Of a stretch of 30,881 bases of DNA, positions 1 to 7,950 are shown one piece after another. Position 1 is the first letter of the stretch; each line of letters begins with the position of its first letter. A model generated the notes under the pieces. The model was not told the DNA's origin, ran no database searches, and saw only the letters and a list, made by a program, of their open reading frames with translations. This stretch comes from a virus. Lineage: Duplodnaviria; Caudoviricetes. Position numbers and translations under genes: made by a program. The DNA lies in the IMG/VR virus record IMGVR_UViG_3300030231_000279, positions 1 to 30,881 of that record; one strand, written 5' to 3'.

Positions 1-726
1 CTCTATTCTGTTGTGTTCACCGATTGTTTCGCCTAATTCATCACCATCACCTGCATCAACGATAGTAAATGCTTTGATAGCATCATCATCAGCAGTAGAT
101 GAAATGTTAGATTTAGCAATAGTAATTTTAAATACTTTGTTTGCTGCTACTGAAGCAGTAAAGTTAGCATCGTAGTTAATATCACTCATAGATGCAGTAG
201 CTACAGTTGTGTTACCAGCAGTAACTGCTACATTTTGGTCGTTAAGAGTATATCCATAACGCCCACTTCCGTAAAGACCGTTTTTAGCAACATTAGTTGA
301 ACCTAAGTCCGAACCATCACCACCAAATAGTGAAGAACCACTATATGGAGCAACCGCTGAACCAGAACCAAACTGATTGTTGTTATATTTAAAGTCTAAG
401 TAGAAGATAAGTCCTGATGGTAAGTTCATTGGTTGAACAGAAACGAAGTTTTTCGCTGCAATCTCACCAAAGATTCTTCTTACCAAAGGAAGAGCTACAC
501 CATTCCACTCTTCATTACCTGAAGATGTAGAAGTAGAGTTAGCTTCATCAAGCAATTGTTTTGCTTGGTTTTCTAAAAGAACCGACATCTGATGTTGGTC
601 TCTTTCTTTTAAACCTTCAAGAAGTCCAGTTTGTTCCCATTTAGTCTTTAATCCTCTTGTTTCCTCGAGCATTACTGATTGTGGGTTCTTTCCTTCCATA
701 AGTTTGTTTAAATCAAAATTTGCCAT
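1..726 (-). CDS. gp23: Major capsid protein, T4 gp23-like (5' portion; runs off left edge)
   Basis: Not in the ORF track; translated by hand from ATG at 726: MANFDLNKLMEGKNPQSVMLEETRGLKTKWEQTGLLEGL...VLLENQAKQLLDEA...VALPLVRRIFGEIAAKNFVSVQPMNLPSGLIFYLDFKY. The KW..LLEG, LLENQ, LVRR and VQPM..PSG.IF motifs are typical of gp23. It follows the scaffold gene and has AAGGAG upstream (735-740). Confidence 0.95.
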   Translation of the reverse strand, partial: MANFDLNKLMEGKNPQSVMLEETRGLKTKWEQTGLLEGLKERDQHQMSVLLENQAKQLLDEANSTSTSSGNEEWNGVALPLVRRIFGEIAAKNFVSVQPMNLPSGLIFYLDFKYNNNQFGSGSAVAPYSGSSLFGGDGSDLGSTNVAKNGLYGSGRYGYTLNDQNVAVTAGNTTVATASMSDINYDANFTASVAANKVFKITIAKSNISSTADDDAIKAFTIVDAGDGDELGETIGEHNRIE

Positions 727-753
727 TTTTTTCTCTCCTTATAAAAAAATTAA

Positions 754-1884
754 TTATTTAATGTTAGCTAACTTTTTAAATCTGTTAGCTATTTCGTTAC
801 TTTCAGAAATAATTTCTTTCTTAGGAGCTGTTGAAGCTTGAGCTTTAGAAGCGATACCTTCTGTTACTCTTACTTTTTTAGTTTCTCCACCGAATTTCAT
901 TGATTCTGCTAATGTAGCGAATACCAATTTCACCTCTCTAACAGATTTCGTTCTGTCAAGAGTTTCTACAACTTTACTTTTTTGGTCATTGTTCATAGCG
1001 TATGAACGGAATAACTTATTAGCGTAAAGTAATTTAGCGTTAAGTAGGTTTACTTCGTTGATAGTTCTTTTAAGTTCTTTTACGGTAGCGTAAGCTTCCC
1101 CTAATTCCTTATTAAGTTCTTCAACTTGGTTGTCAGTAGACTCTTCGACTTCCTCTTCTGAATCTTCTTCCTCTCCGTATCCCATTTCTTTTAGGATTTC
1201 ATCAAGGTCGATATCTTCTTCGACTTCATCTTCACCAGCGATTTCTTCTTCGCCGTGTTCGCCTTCTTCTTCACCATGCATTCCTTCTTCTTCACCGTGA
1301 CTCATTTCTTCCTCACCGTGTTCGCCTTCTTCAACTTCTTCCTCATCACCTTCTTCTTCTGAAAGTTCTGATTCAAGTTCTTTAATGATGTCCTCAAGGT
1401 TAAGTTCTTCATCAACCTCATCTTCATCATCTTCGTGATAGCCTTCGTTCGCTTCTTCTTCAGAATCTTCTTCTTCGTTTACTTCATCGACTTCTTCTTC
1501 AGAGTCATCTCCTTCAGATACAGTTTCTTCAACTTCTTCTTCAGAATCTTCTCCTTCTTTTAAGTCATCAACTTTGTCAACATTAGAATCTTCTTCGCCA
1601 GGTGCTGCAGTTTCCTTTTCAGTTTCAGGGTCTAACTCAGTATGAGCTTCATCATACTTAGGTTCTCCACCTTTACCGATATCAGATGATGCAACTTCCT
1701 CTGCTACTTCTTCTACTTCATCTTCTTCTTCTTCTGCCATTTCTGATTGAAGTTTCTTAGATAAGATAGATTGTAGTTTTGGAGTAAATGCTTCCTCTAA
1801 TGCGATTTTAGCATTAGCGATTGCAGTTTCTCTAACGGCTTTAGCGTCTGCGATGGCTTCTTTTAATAATTTAGAATTTGCCAT
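754..1884 (-). CDS. Prohead core/scaffolding protein (functional analogue of gp22)
   Basis: 376 aa with an extremely Glu/Asp-rich centre. Helical N-terminus (LLKEAIADAKAVRETAIANAKIALEEAF) and coiled-coil C-terminus (NEVNLLNAKLLYANKLF...RFKKLANIK). Lies directly upstream of the MCP gene. Confidence 0.85.
   Translation of the reverse strand: MANSKLLKEAIADAKAVRETAIANAKIALEEAFTPKLQSILSKKLQSEMAEEEEDEVEEVAEEVASSDIGKGGEPKYDEAHTELDPETEKETAAPGEEDSNVDKVDDLKEGEDSEEEVEETVSEGDDSEEEVDEVNEEEDSEEEANEGYHEDDEDEVDEELNLEDIIKELESELSEEEGDEEEVEEGEHGEEEMSHGEEEGMHGEEEGEHGEEEIAGEDEVEEDIDLDEILKEMGYGEEEDSEEEVEESTDNQVEELNKELGEAYATVKELKRTINEVNLLNAKLLYANKLFRSYAMNNDQKSKVVETLDRTKSVREVKLVFATLAESMKFGGETKKVRVTEGIASKAQASTAPKKEIISESNEIANRFKKLANIK
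1243..1332 (-). repeat. Imperfect 21-bp coding tandem repeat (xxHGEEE x4) in the scaffold gene
   Basis: Protein reads EEGEHGEEEMSHGEEEGMHGEEEGEHGEEE. Confidence 0.8.
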
Positions 1885-2022
1885 TTTTTTGCCTTCCTTA
1901 TTAATTCGTGAAAATATTTGGGATTTTCAATGATGTTAGGTCGGTTGTTCGGTCACCACTTAGAAAAGGGTATTCATTAACCAACTGAAATTCAAACACA
2001 CATAGATTGGTGTGTTACTGAG
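1885..2022 (-). promoter_or_regulatory. Long, probably structured 5' leader of the scaffold/MCP operon
   Basis: Non-coding and more GC-rich than other intergenic DNA. Inverted repeats AACACAC/GTGTGTT (1995-2016) and TGAAAAT/ATTTTCA (1909-1929). AAGGAAGG precedes the ATG. Confidence 0.5.
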
Positions 2023-2031
2023 TATAAGTAT
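2023..2031 (-). promoter_or_regulatory. Putative late promoter motif ATACTTATA
   Basis: One-mismatch variant of the ATATTTATA motif found in four other intergenic gaps upstream of head-module genes. Confidence 0.5.
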
Positions 2032-2055
2032 TATAATATACTAAAAAACGATAAA

Positions 2056-2322
2056 TTATCTTCGTTTTTTTCTTTTTTTGGTAAATAACCTTATAGAAGA
2101 ATCACCATCTTCATACTTTTCAATCATAGTTTGTCTCTTCTGATTTCTGATTGCTTCAAGTTTTTGTTTTCTTCTTTTTGTAGTAGGTTTTGTGTAAGTT
2201 TGTTTTGTTCTTAATAATTGAAGATGGCCTGAATCTTCCATTCTTCTTTTAAATATTTTTAATGCTTTTTGTATGTTTCCTTTTCTTACTTCAACGGAAA
2301 CTAACCTTGGGTGTTTACTCAT
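2056..2322 (-). CDS. rpsU: Phage-encoded 30S ribosomal protein bS21
   Basis: VEVRKGNIQKALKIFKRRMEDSGHLQLLRTKQTYTKPTTKRRKQKLEAIR matches the bS21 pattern (ALRxFKR...G...ELR.R..YxKPT..RR). It has a C-terminal extension ending KKRKKRR. Confidence 0.9.
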   Translation of the reverse strand: MSKHPRLVSVEVRKGNIQKALKIFKRRMEDSGHLQLLRTKQTYTKPTTKRRKQKLEAIRNQKRQTMIEKYEDGDSSIRLFTKKRKKRR

Positions 2323-2341
2323 TCTCCTTTATTTAATATAA

Positions 2342-2677
2342 CTATGTTCCTGTTTTTGAGAAAGTAGGTTTTTTACCTTTAGTCCTATTTCCTCCTTTTT
2401 TTGCATCACCAGATTTCTTTTGGTCTGCTCTTTTTCTTCTTACAAATGCTGCTCTACCTTTAGCTCCTAATTTAGCCGCTTTCTCTTTTGATAAACATGC
2501 CGCATATGCTCCACCTTCTTTACCATCACCACATTTACCTAACTTCTTACCAGTAGAACTATATCTATCCCATCCTCCACCTGATGATGAACCAGTCTTA
2601 CCTTTACCAAACCATTTTCTTAAATCTTCGTTTTGTGGTTCGTTTACTAATTCATGTAGGATATCTGTTAAGTTCAT
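2342..2677 (-). CDS. Basic hypothetical protein, putative internal head protein
   Basis: Leader MNLTDILHELVNE...NE, then a Gly/Lys-rich module (DLRKWF...GGWDRY...GKCG...ACLSKEKA...RRKR) of a type I recall from T4-like phage head regions. Confidence 0.7.
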   Translation of the reverse strand: MNLTDILHELVNEPQNEDLRKWFGKGKTGSSSGGGWDRYSSTGKKLGKCGDGKEGGAYAACLSKEKAAKLGAKGRAAFVRRKRADQKKSGDAKKGGNRTKGKKPTFSKTGT

Positions 2678-2678
2678 C

Positions 2679-4163
2679 TTATTTTGCTAATTGAAATAGT
2701 TTTTCTTCTGCATCTCCATTACTTCGGTAATCATAGTGTTTTGCATTTATTTTGAAATCTTTTAAACCTTTTTCTAAAAATGCTCTATATTTTTTCTTAC
2801 CTAATTTTTTTTCTATTTTAGATAATGCATCATAGAATTTTATTTCAGATTTACCAACTTTCTTTTTAAGTTGAACGATTTGATTTTTATCTTCATTTAC
2901 TGATTCATCAACTGGGTTAATAAAGATGTTTGGTTTGTAATCTAAGAATCCACCATCATCTAATATCTGTTGTAATGCTTTTTTTCCACCAAGTGGGGTA
3001 TACGGCATTCCTCCTCCATCTTTCATCCCAATGTATCCTTTTCCTGGTATATAAAATGCAAATCCATTTAATTTAACTGGTTTTGCTCTACCAATATCAA
3101 ATCTTTCTCTACTTCCAATTCGCTTGATAGTTAATTTTTTATTTAACATTTTTGTAGCGGAGCTTCGCTTCATCATTCGATATTTGTTTTCGTTTACTGA
3201 TTCTGCAAATCTACCAACAATCATTTTAAAAAACTTATTGTTTGGTTTACCAGCTATAGCAGTAACGAAATCCATTCTATCTCTTAGATTACCTTTCCTT
3301 ACAAAGTTAAAAAGTTTTCGAGCATCAATTTTATTTTTCTTAATAAAATCATCAACGGCAACACCACGAGTTCCTGTGAATCCAGCAATACCCATCGCTT
3401 CTTTACTTGCTTCGTTTACTGATTCATCAACACCTCTGATTTTCTTTTGAGTCATCATTACTTTGTACCCATCCTTTTTCATATCAGCCATAAACTTTTG
3501 AGCCATCTTTTTATCAGCGTACGCTGCGAATGCAGGTTTGATAGGTTTAGGTCCTTTTCCATATGCAACAAGGAATGCTTCGTTTACTGATTCATACAAT
3601 CCCGCTTTTGCAGCCTTTTGAATTGTTTTTTTGAAATCTCTTGGTTTGTGTTTAGACATTTTGATTACACCATCAATACCTTGAGGATTCATAAATATAA
3701 ATTTAGAAATAACTTTTAGTTCTTTTTCGTTATATCCTTTGAAATGTTTTTCCCAATCCATTGAACCTTCGTTTACTGATTCACCGAATCCATATTTGTA
3801 TCCACCTTTATGTAAAGCGTTTACAAACTTTGCTAAATCTTTTTTGTTTCTGAAAATTTGGATATCGAAAAAATCACTACCATCTTTGTGTTTCTTTTTA
3901 CCATCGTGGTAAGAAATTACATATTTTGATTTACCAACACCATCTTTTTGATTGTATCTTTTTGGTCCTTCATCTATTGCTTTTGGAAATTTTGTTTTTT
4001 TAGCTAATTGTAAAAGTTTTTTTACATCTGATGGATTGTTTCTATTAAACTTATCAGCGTTTTTCTTATCTTTGAATATAGCAGAAGTAAATTTATTACC
4101 ATCACGAATCATAATGATAATACCTTTGTTACCGAAAAATCTTTCTGTTTCTACTTTGGCCAT
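2679..4163 (-). CDS. Modular putative head-cargo polyprotein with five ESVNE linkers
   Basis: 494 aa. Unrelated Lys-rich 50-95 aa blocks are separated by ESVNE (x5) and AIDE. Located between the protease and scaffold genes. Confidence 0.75.
   Translation of the reverse strand: MAKVETERFFGNKGIIIMIRDGNKFTSAIFKDKKNADKFNRNNPSDVKKLLQLAKKTKFPKAIDEGPKRYNQKDGVGKSKYVISYHDGKKKHKDGSDFFDIQIFRNKKDLAKFVNALHKGGYKYGFGESVNEGSMDWEKHFKGYNEKELKVISKFIFMNPQGIDGVIKMSKHKPRDFKKTIQKAAKAGLYESVNEAFLVAYGKGPKPIKPAFAAYADKKMAQKFMADMKKDGYKVMMTQKKIRGVDESVNEASKEAMGIAGFTGTRGVAVDDFIKKNKIDARKLFNFVRKGNLRDRMDFVTAIAGKPNNKFFKMIVGRFAESVNENKYRMMKRSSATKMLNKKLTIKRIGSRERFDIGRAKPVKLNGFAFYIPGKGYIGMKDGGGMPYTPLGGKKALQQILDDGGFLDYKPNIFINPVDESVNEDKNQIVQLKKKVGKSEIKFYDALSKIEKKLGKKKYRAFLEKGLKDFKINAKHYDYRSNGDAEEKLFQLAK
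2892..3782 (-). repeat. Dispersed in-frame 15-bp direct repeat GAATCAGTAAAYGAA (x5)
   Basis: Plus-strand ttcgtttactgattc at 3189-3203, 3411-3425, 3579-3593 and 3768-3782, with a one-mismatch copy at 2892-2906. Spacers are 282, 207, 153 and 174 bp. Confidence 0.95.
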
Positions 4164-4166
4164 TTG

Positions 4167-5141
4167 TTATCCTTTTTTCCAACCACCACCAGCGGCTTTG
4201 TACTTTTTAGCAGCCCATCCGTTGGCGTAAGCCGAAGGATAAACATCAAACTTCTTTTTAGCTTGTGCTTTGTAGTATGCCCACTTTGAAGGATTAGTTG
4301 GAACATTTTTTTCAACTAATTTAGTAAATTTTTCACCAAATATTTTTAGTTCATTTTTTTTCTTACCTTTTTTACCTTTTGCTTTATATCCACTTGCAAA
4401 TGCTGCTCTTCGTTGAGCATCGGATGCAAATCCATCTAAAATATAATCACCATCTCTATGTTGAGAAATACCATTCATACCTTTTAACATATCAGCAGTC
4501 AAATCAACTCCCATTTCTTTTGCTTTATCTTGTAGGTCTTTGAATCCAGCTGCTCCACCTTCATCTGATAATTTATCTTTAAGAGCTTGTAGTAATTCTT
4601 CTGATTCTTCTTTGATTGTAGTAGTTATAGAACCATCAGCGTTTCTACTTGAAACTTTTACTGATTCTTCTTTTATTGTATCTCCACATCCACCTGGTGT
4701 AGTTCCTCCACAACCACAACCACAATCACCTTTTCCTTCTTTGATACCCAATCTTTCTTTCATCTCATCTTCAGTAATTTCACCGATTTTGTAGTATCGT
4801 GAAAGAATATTACCCATATCTTCATATAAAGTATTCATTCTTTGGTCTAAGTTTTTTGCTTCCTTAGCAACTTTATCAAACTGAGAACCTAACTTAGTTA
4901 GCTCACTCATATTTCTTTTTATAGTATGTTTATCAAACCAATCATCAGCTTCTCTAAGAGCTAATTCTCTTGCAGCTTCCGTAATACCACCCAAAGTTTC
5001 AGCAACTTCAATGATATCAGATTTTCTATCCATTGATTCTTGATATTTGTTGTAAGTAGAAACTATTTCTAAGAAGTGTTTTTTAACTTCGTTAGTTAGT
5101 CCTCTATCTTCTGATTCTTTAAGTATATCTCTTAGTCTCAT
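4167..5141 (-). CDS. Modular hypothetical protein, putative internal head protein
   Basis: Leader MRLRDILKES, a helical domain, a GDCGCGCGGTTPGGCG segment, FASDAQRRAAFA and a C-terminal KKKFDVYPSAYANGWAAKKYKAAGGGW module. AAGGAG upstream (5147-5152). Confidence 0.75.
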   Translation of the reverse strand: MRLRDILKESEDRGLTNEVKKHFLEIVSTYNKYQESMDRKSDIIEVAETLGGITEAARELALREADDWFDKHTIKRNMSELTKLGSQFDKVAKEAKNLDQRMNTLYEDMGNILSRYYKIGEITEDEMKERLGIKEGKGDCGCGCGGTTPGGCGDTIKEESVKVSSRNADGSITTTIKEESEELLQALKDKLSDEGGAAGFKDLQDKAKEMGVDLTADMLKGMNGISQHRDGDYILDGFASDAQRRAAFASGYKAKGKKGKKKNELKIFGEKFTKLVEKNVPTNPSKWAYYKAQAKKKFDVYPSAYANGWAAKKYKAAGGGWKKG

Positions 5142-5150
5142 ATTCTCTCC

Positions 5151-5348
5151 TTATTTAATCTTTTTACCTCTCTTAATATCTCTTTGTAAATCCATAAGAG
5201 CGTTGATTTGGTCTTGTATTGCTGATGCTAAATCTACATTTCTATATTTAGCTTGTTTTCTAACTGCTAACATAGCTATTCTTTTTTCTTCAGTAGAAGG
5301 TCCTTCATTTATTGGTTCTTCGTTTAGTATGTCTTTTAACTTAATCAT
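5151..5348 (-). CDS. Small hypothetical protein with capsid-targeting-like leader
   Basis: MIKLKDILNEEPINE leader; tightly packed between neighbouring genes. Confidence 0.7.
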   Translation of the reverse strand: MIKLKDILNEEPINEGPSTEEKRIAMLAVRKQAKYRNVDLASAIQDQINALMDLQRDIKRGKKIK

Positions 5349-5349
5349 C

Positions 5350-5757
5350 TTAGTAAAGTTTTTTTAGTTCTTTGTTTCCCCCATAATAATCGTAAACATA
5401 CCATTTTTTATCTTTCATATTAAATAAATATACATATTCTGCTCCACCACCTCTTTGGTCGACACTTCTCATGTATTTTTCAAGGTCGTTTGATTTACCA
5501 CTTGCGAAAAATCCTTGTTTTCCATAATATTCTGGGTCTTTACCTTTATATAGTCCTGAAGCTCCACCTTTTTTAATAAAGTCTTTAACATCTTTAGCAT
5601 TTTTGAAGTGATGTTTTATTGCACCTTTCATATTTTGTGGATATCCATCATAATGGACATAAGTTGAACCAATTCTTCCACTTGGTTCTATAATACCAAT
5701 ATGAGATGAAGTTCCTTCAGAAATAATACCTCCCATCAAATGTGTTAACTTTATCAT
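5350..5757 (-). CDS. Phage hypothetical protein of the 'YxHxDGYP' family with an added leader
   Basis: MIKLTHLMGGIISE followed by GTSSHIGII...STYVHYDGYP...AEYVYLF...KWYV. Overlaps the upstream stop (ATGA). Confidence 0.75.
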   Translation of the reverse strand: MIKLTHLMGGIISEGTSSHIGIIEPSGRIGSTYVHYDGYPQNMKGAIKHHFKNAKDVKDFIKKGGASGLYKGKDPEYYGKQGFFASGKSNDLEKYMRSVDQRGGGAEYVYLFNMKDKKWYVYDYYGGNKELKKLY

Positions 5758-6992
5758 TTTCTAATCTCCATTTTTGTTAATCTCATAGTAGATTCATTTG
5801 TATCATCAATAACTGACTGCATTTTTAATGCTAATTTTTTACTTCCATTTAGTTTTAAATCAAATGCGATAGCATCTAATGCATCTCTACCATCCCAACC
5901 AGCTTCTTGAGAAGCATGTTGTCCTATCTCATCAGTACCAGGCGATGAATCATAATATTCAGAACCATATACACTACTCTTTCTCCATTTATCATATTCA
6001 GGTGACATAATATCAGGCATATTAGGGTCTTGTCTTGGGTCTTTAGCGAAATCAGGATTATCTTCTAATACCGCAATAAGAGCTCTTGCTTCAGAGTGAA
6101 AGTTTGCATCTGTTAGTGCTTCTACTGCTGCTTGACTCATTCTTCTTTCGTATTCTTCTTTACCTAAGTTCTTTGGAGTAATCCCCATTCTTTTTGTTTT
6201 TAAACGAACTGATTTGTTTACTTCAACATTACCTGCTCTACCACCAGTAGAATCTTTTTGTGGGCCATCATCCTTCTTAGGGTCTTTTGCATATTCATCG
6301 GCCATGTCATAAATTTGGTTCTTTATATTAGATTTTGCAAAGCTAATGTCAGATTCAAGGTCAAGTATTTTTTCCTTATCTCCTTTACGCTCTGCATCAG
6401 CAAGTTCACTTTCAAGATTTTTTATACTACCTGTTTGTTTTTTTAAATCTTTTAAATCTTTTTTAGAGAACTTACTTTCATTATCATCTAAAAAATTATT
6501 AAATGTATCTGCACCTTTTGCTAATGAAACATCAACTGATTTTTTAGTTAATTCTTTAGAAGAAGGTTCGGAAGATTTAGGTTCACCTACTTTGGCTAAT
6601 TTTTTAAGTGCATCCGTATCAGCTTTAGGTGATATTTTTTTTATAGTTTTAATTTTGTCATCTGAAGATTTTGGTTTATCAAAGATATTCACTTTAGGAG
6701 TATCTTTTTTTCCGGCAGAAGAATCACCTCCCTTCGCTGCCTTGTCTGATGTTGATACATACTTTCCACTATCATCTTTTTTGAATGTAGGAGAATTTTC
6801 ATCATCCTCCTTACCTTTTTCTTTATATCTACCAAAACCGATGGATACATATTTGTCATCTTCCGCTTCAGTTATTCCCTTCTTTGCTTGATATGCAGCT
6901 CGTACACTATCTAATGTTGGTAAAGCATCACCAGTTTTTCTGTTTTCAAAACCAGGTGAAGATTCGTTTAATAAATCTGTTAATCTTATCAT
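5754..6992 (-). CDS. Modular hypothetical protein, putative internal head protein
   Basis: 412 aa with leader MIRLTDLLNES and low-complexity Lys/Asp/Ser linkers between modules. Immediately downstream of the prohead protease gene (ATGA overlap). Confidence 0.75.
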   Translation of the reverse strand: MIRLTDLLNESSPGFENRKTGDALPTLDSVRAAYQAKKGITEAEDDKYVSIGFGRYKEKGKEDDENSPTFKKDDSGKYVSTSDKAAKGGDSSAGKKDTPKVNIFDKPKSSDDKIKTIKKISPKADTDALKKLAKVGEPKSSEPSSKELTKKSVDVSLAKGADTFNNFLDDNESKFSKKDLKDLKKQTGSIKNLESELADAERKGDKEKILDLESDISFAKSNIKNQIYDMADEYAKDPKKDDGPQKDSTGGRAGNVEVNKSVRLKTKRMGITPKNLGKEEYERRMSQAAVEALTDANFHSEARALIAVLEDNPDFAKDPRQDPNMPDIMSPEYDKWRKSSVYGSEYYDSSPGTDEIGQHASQEAGWDGRDALDAIAFDLKLNGSKKLALKMQSVIDDTNESTMRLTKMEIRK

Positions 6993-7573
6993 GATAATTC
7001 CGTTATTATTTCTCTAATTAAATCGTGTGCTTTACAATAGTTACCACAAACTTCATTAATTTTCATTTGTTTTGATTCATTCATAGGAGTCATAAATGCA
7101 CCATGTGTAGATGGGTTGGATACAAAATCCCAACCGATTAGTTCGAAATCATCACCAACAGTGACTCCTCCACCATTTCTTGGTTCAACTGAACCCATAC
7201 CTCTTGATGATATACCTAAAAGGATACCGGCTTTTAACAATTCTTTAAGAATATTACCTGATGGTGTTGGTAGTATCTCAACAGTACCCATCAAATCATC
7301 ACCATCCCAATGTATTTCTCTTACATTGTGTGATACATTCTTTAAATTTATTACTGAAGATTCAGGATGGTCTAATTCACCCAATGCTCTTCTTTCTTTA
7401 ATGAGAGTTTCATACTTCTTAGCTTCTCTCATTAGAATTTCTTTTGGATAGACTCTTTCGTTTTGATTAGGTGCACCAGCTCTTTGTAGAATACCTTTAA
7501 CAATGGTTCTACCAGATGAATCTTCATTCACCCTACCTTCGAATAACGCTGTTTCTATAAGTAAATTTTTCAT
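6989..7573 (-). CDS. gp21: Prohead core protease, T4 gp21-like
   Basis: NQNERVYP, RALGELDHP, NVSH, GILLGISSRGMGS and DFVSNPSTHGAF are characteristic gp21 motifs. Start re-assigned to the ATG at 7573 (TAATG overlap with upstream stop; GGGGAG upstream). Confidence 0.95.
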   Translation of the reverse strand: MKNLLIETALFEGRVNEDSSGRTIVKGILQRAGAPNQNERVYPKEILMREAKKYETLIKERRALGELDHPESSVINLKNVSHNVREIHWDGDDLMGTVEILPTPSGNILKELLKAGILLGISSRGMGSVEPRNGGGVTVGDDFELIGWDFVSNPSTHGAFMTPMNESKQMKINEVCGNYCKAHDLIREIITELS

Positions 7574-7749
7574 TATGCTCCCCAACTTCTACGCTTTTTA
7601 AATAATTCAAAAAATATAGCTGAAACTTCTTGTCTTATGATTCTACGAATTTGTAGCTCCTCATCAGTAGAAATCTCCTCTTTGAATATCCCTAATTTTT
7701 CGTTATGGATTTCTTCTTTAACAATTTGTTTCAACTCTTTTAATTTCAT
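7573..7749 (-). CDS. Small hypothetical protein (58 aa), missing from the ORF track
   Basis: MKLKELKQIVKEEIHNEKLGIFKEEISTDEELQIRRIIRQEVSAIFFELFKKRRSWGA*. It fills the gap between its neighbours and its stop overlaps the protease start. Confidence 0.8.
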   Translation of the reverse strand: MKLKELKQIVKEEIHNEKLGIFKEEISTDEELQIRRIIRQEVSAIFFELFKKRRSWGA

Positions 7750-7752
7750 TTT

Positions 7753-7950
7753 TTAACTTTCTTTTTTTTCGCCTTTGCCCTTCCAAGCAGAATCGATTTT
7801 GTTAAAAAATGCCTTCTTTTCATCATCAGACATTTGAGGAATAGACTTACCAGACTTTTTTAATGCTTTTGCAAAAAATTTCTGATATTCAGTCTCTTCT
7901 CTTAATACATCTTTGATGATTTCTTTTAATCTTTCTTTTGTTATTTTCAT
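7753..7950 (-). CDS. Small hypothetical head-region protein
   Basis: MKITKERLKEIIKDVLREE leader; YQKFF..ALKK.G...MSDDEKKAFFNKIDSAW; AAAGGAG upstream. Confidence 0.8.
   Translation of the reverse strand: MKITKERLKEIIKDVLREETEYQKFFAKALKKSGKSIPQMSDDEKKAFFNKIDSAWKGKGEKKES

Noticed and set aside
2892-3782. ESVNE repeats as a CRISPR array or integron attC sites
   Set aside because: The repeats are only 15 bp, non-palindromic and in frame within a CDS, with 153-282 bp spacers. No cas or integrase gene is present in the window.
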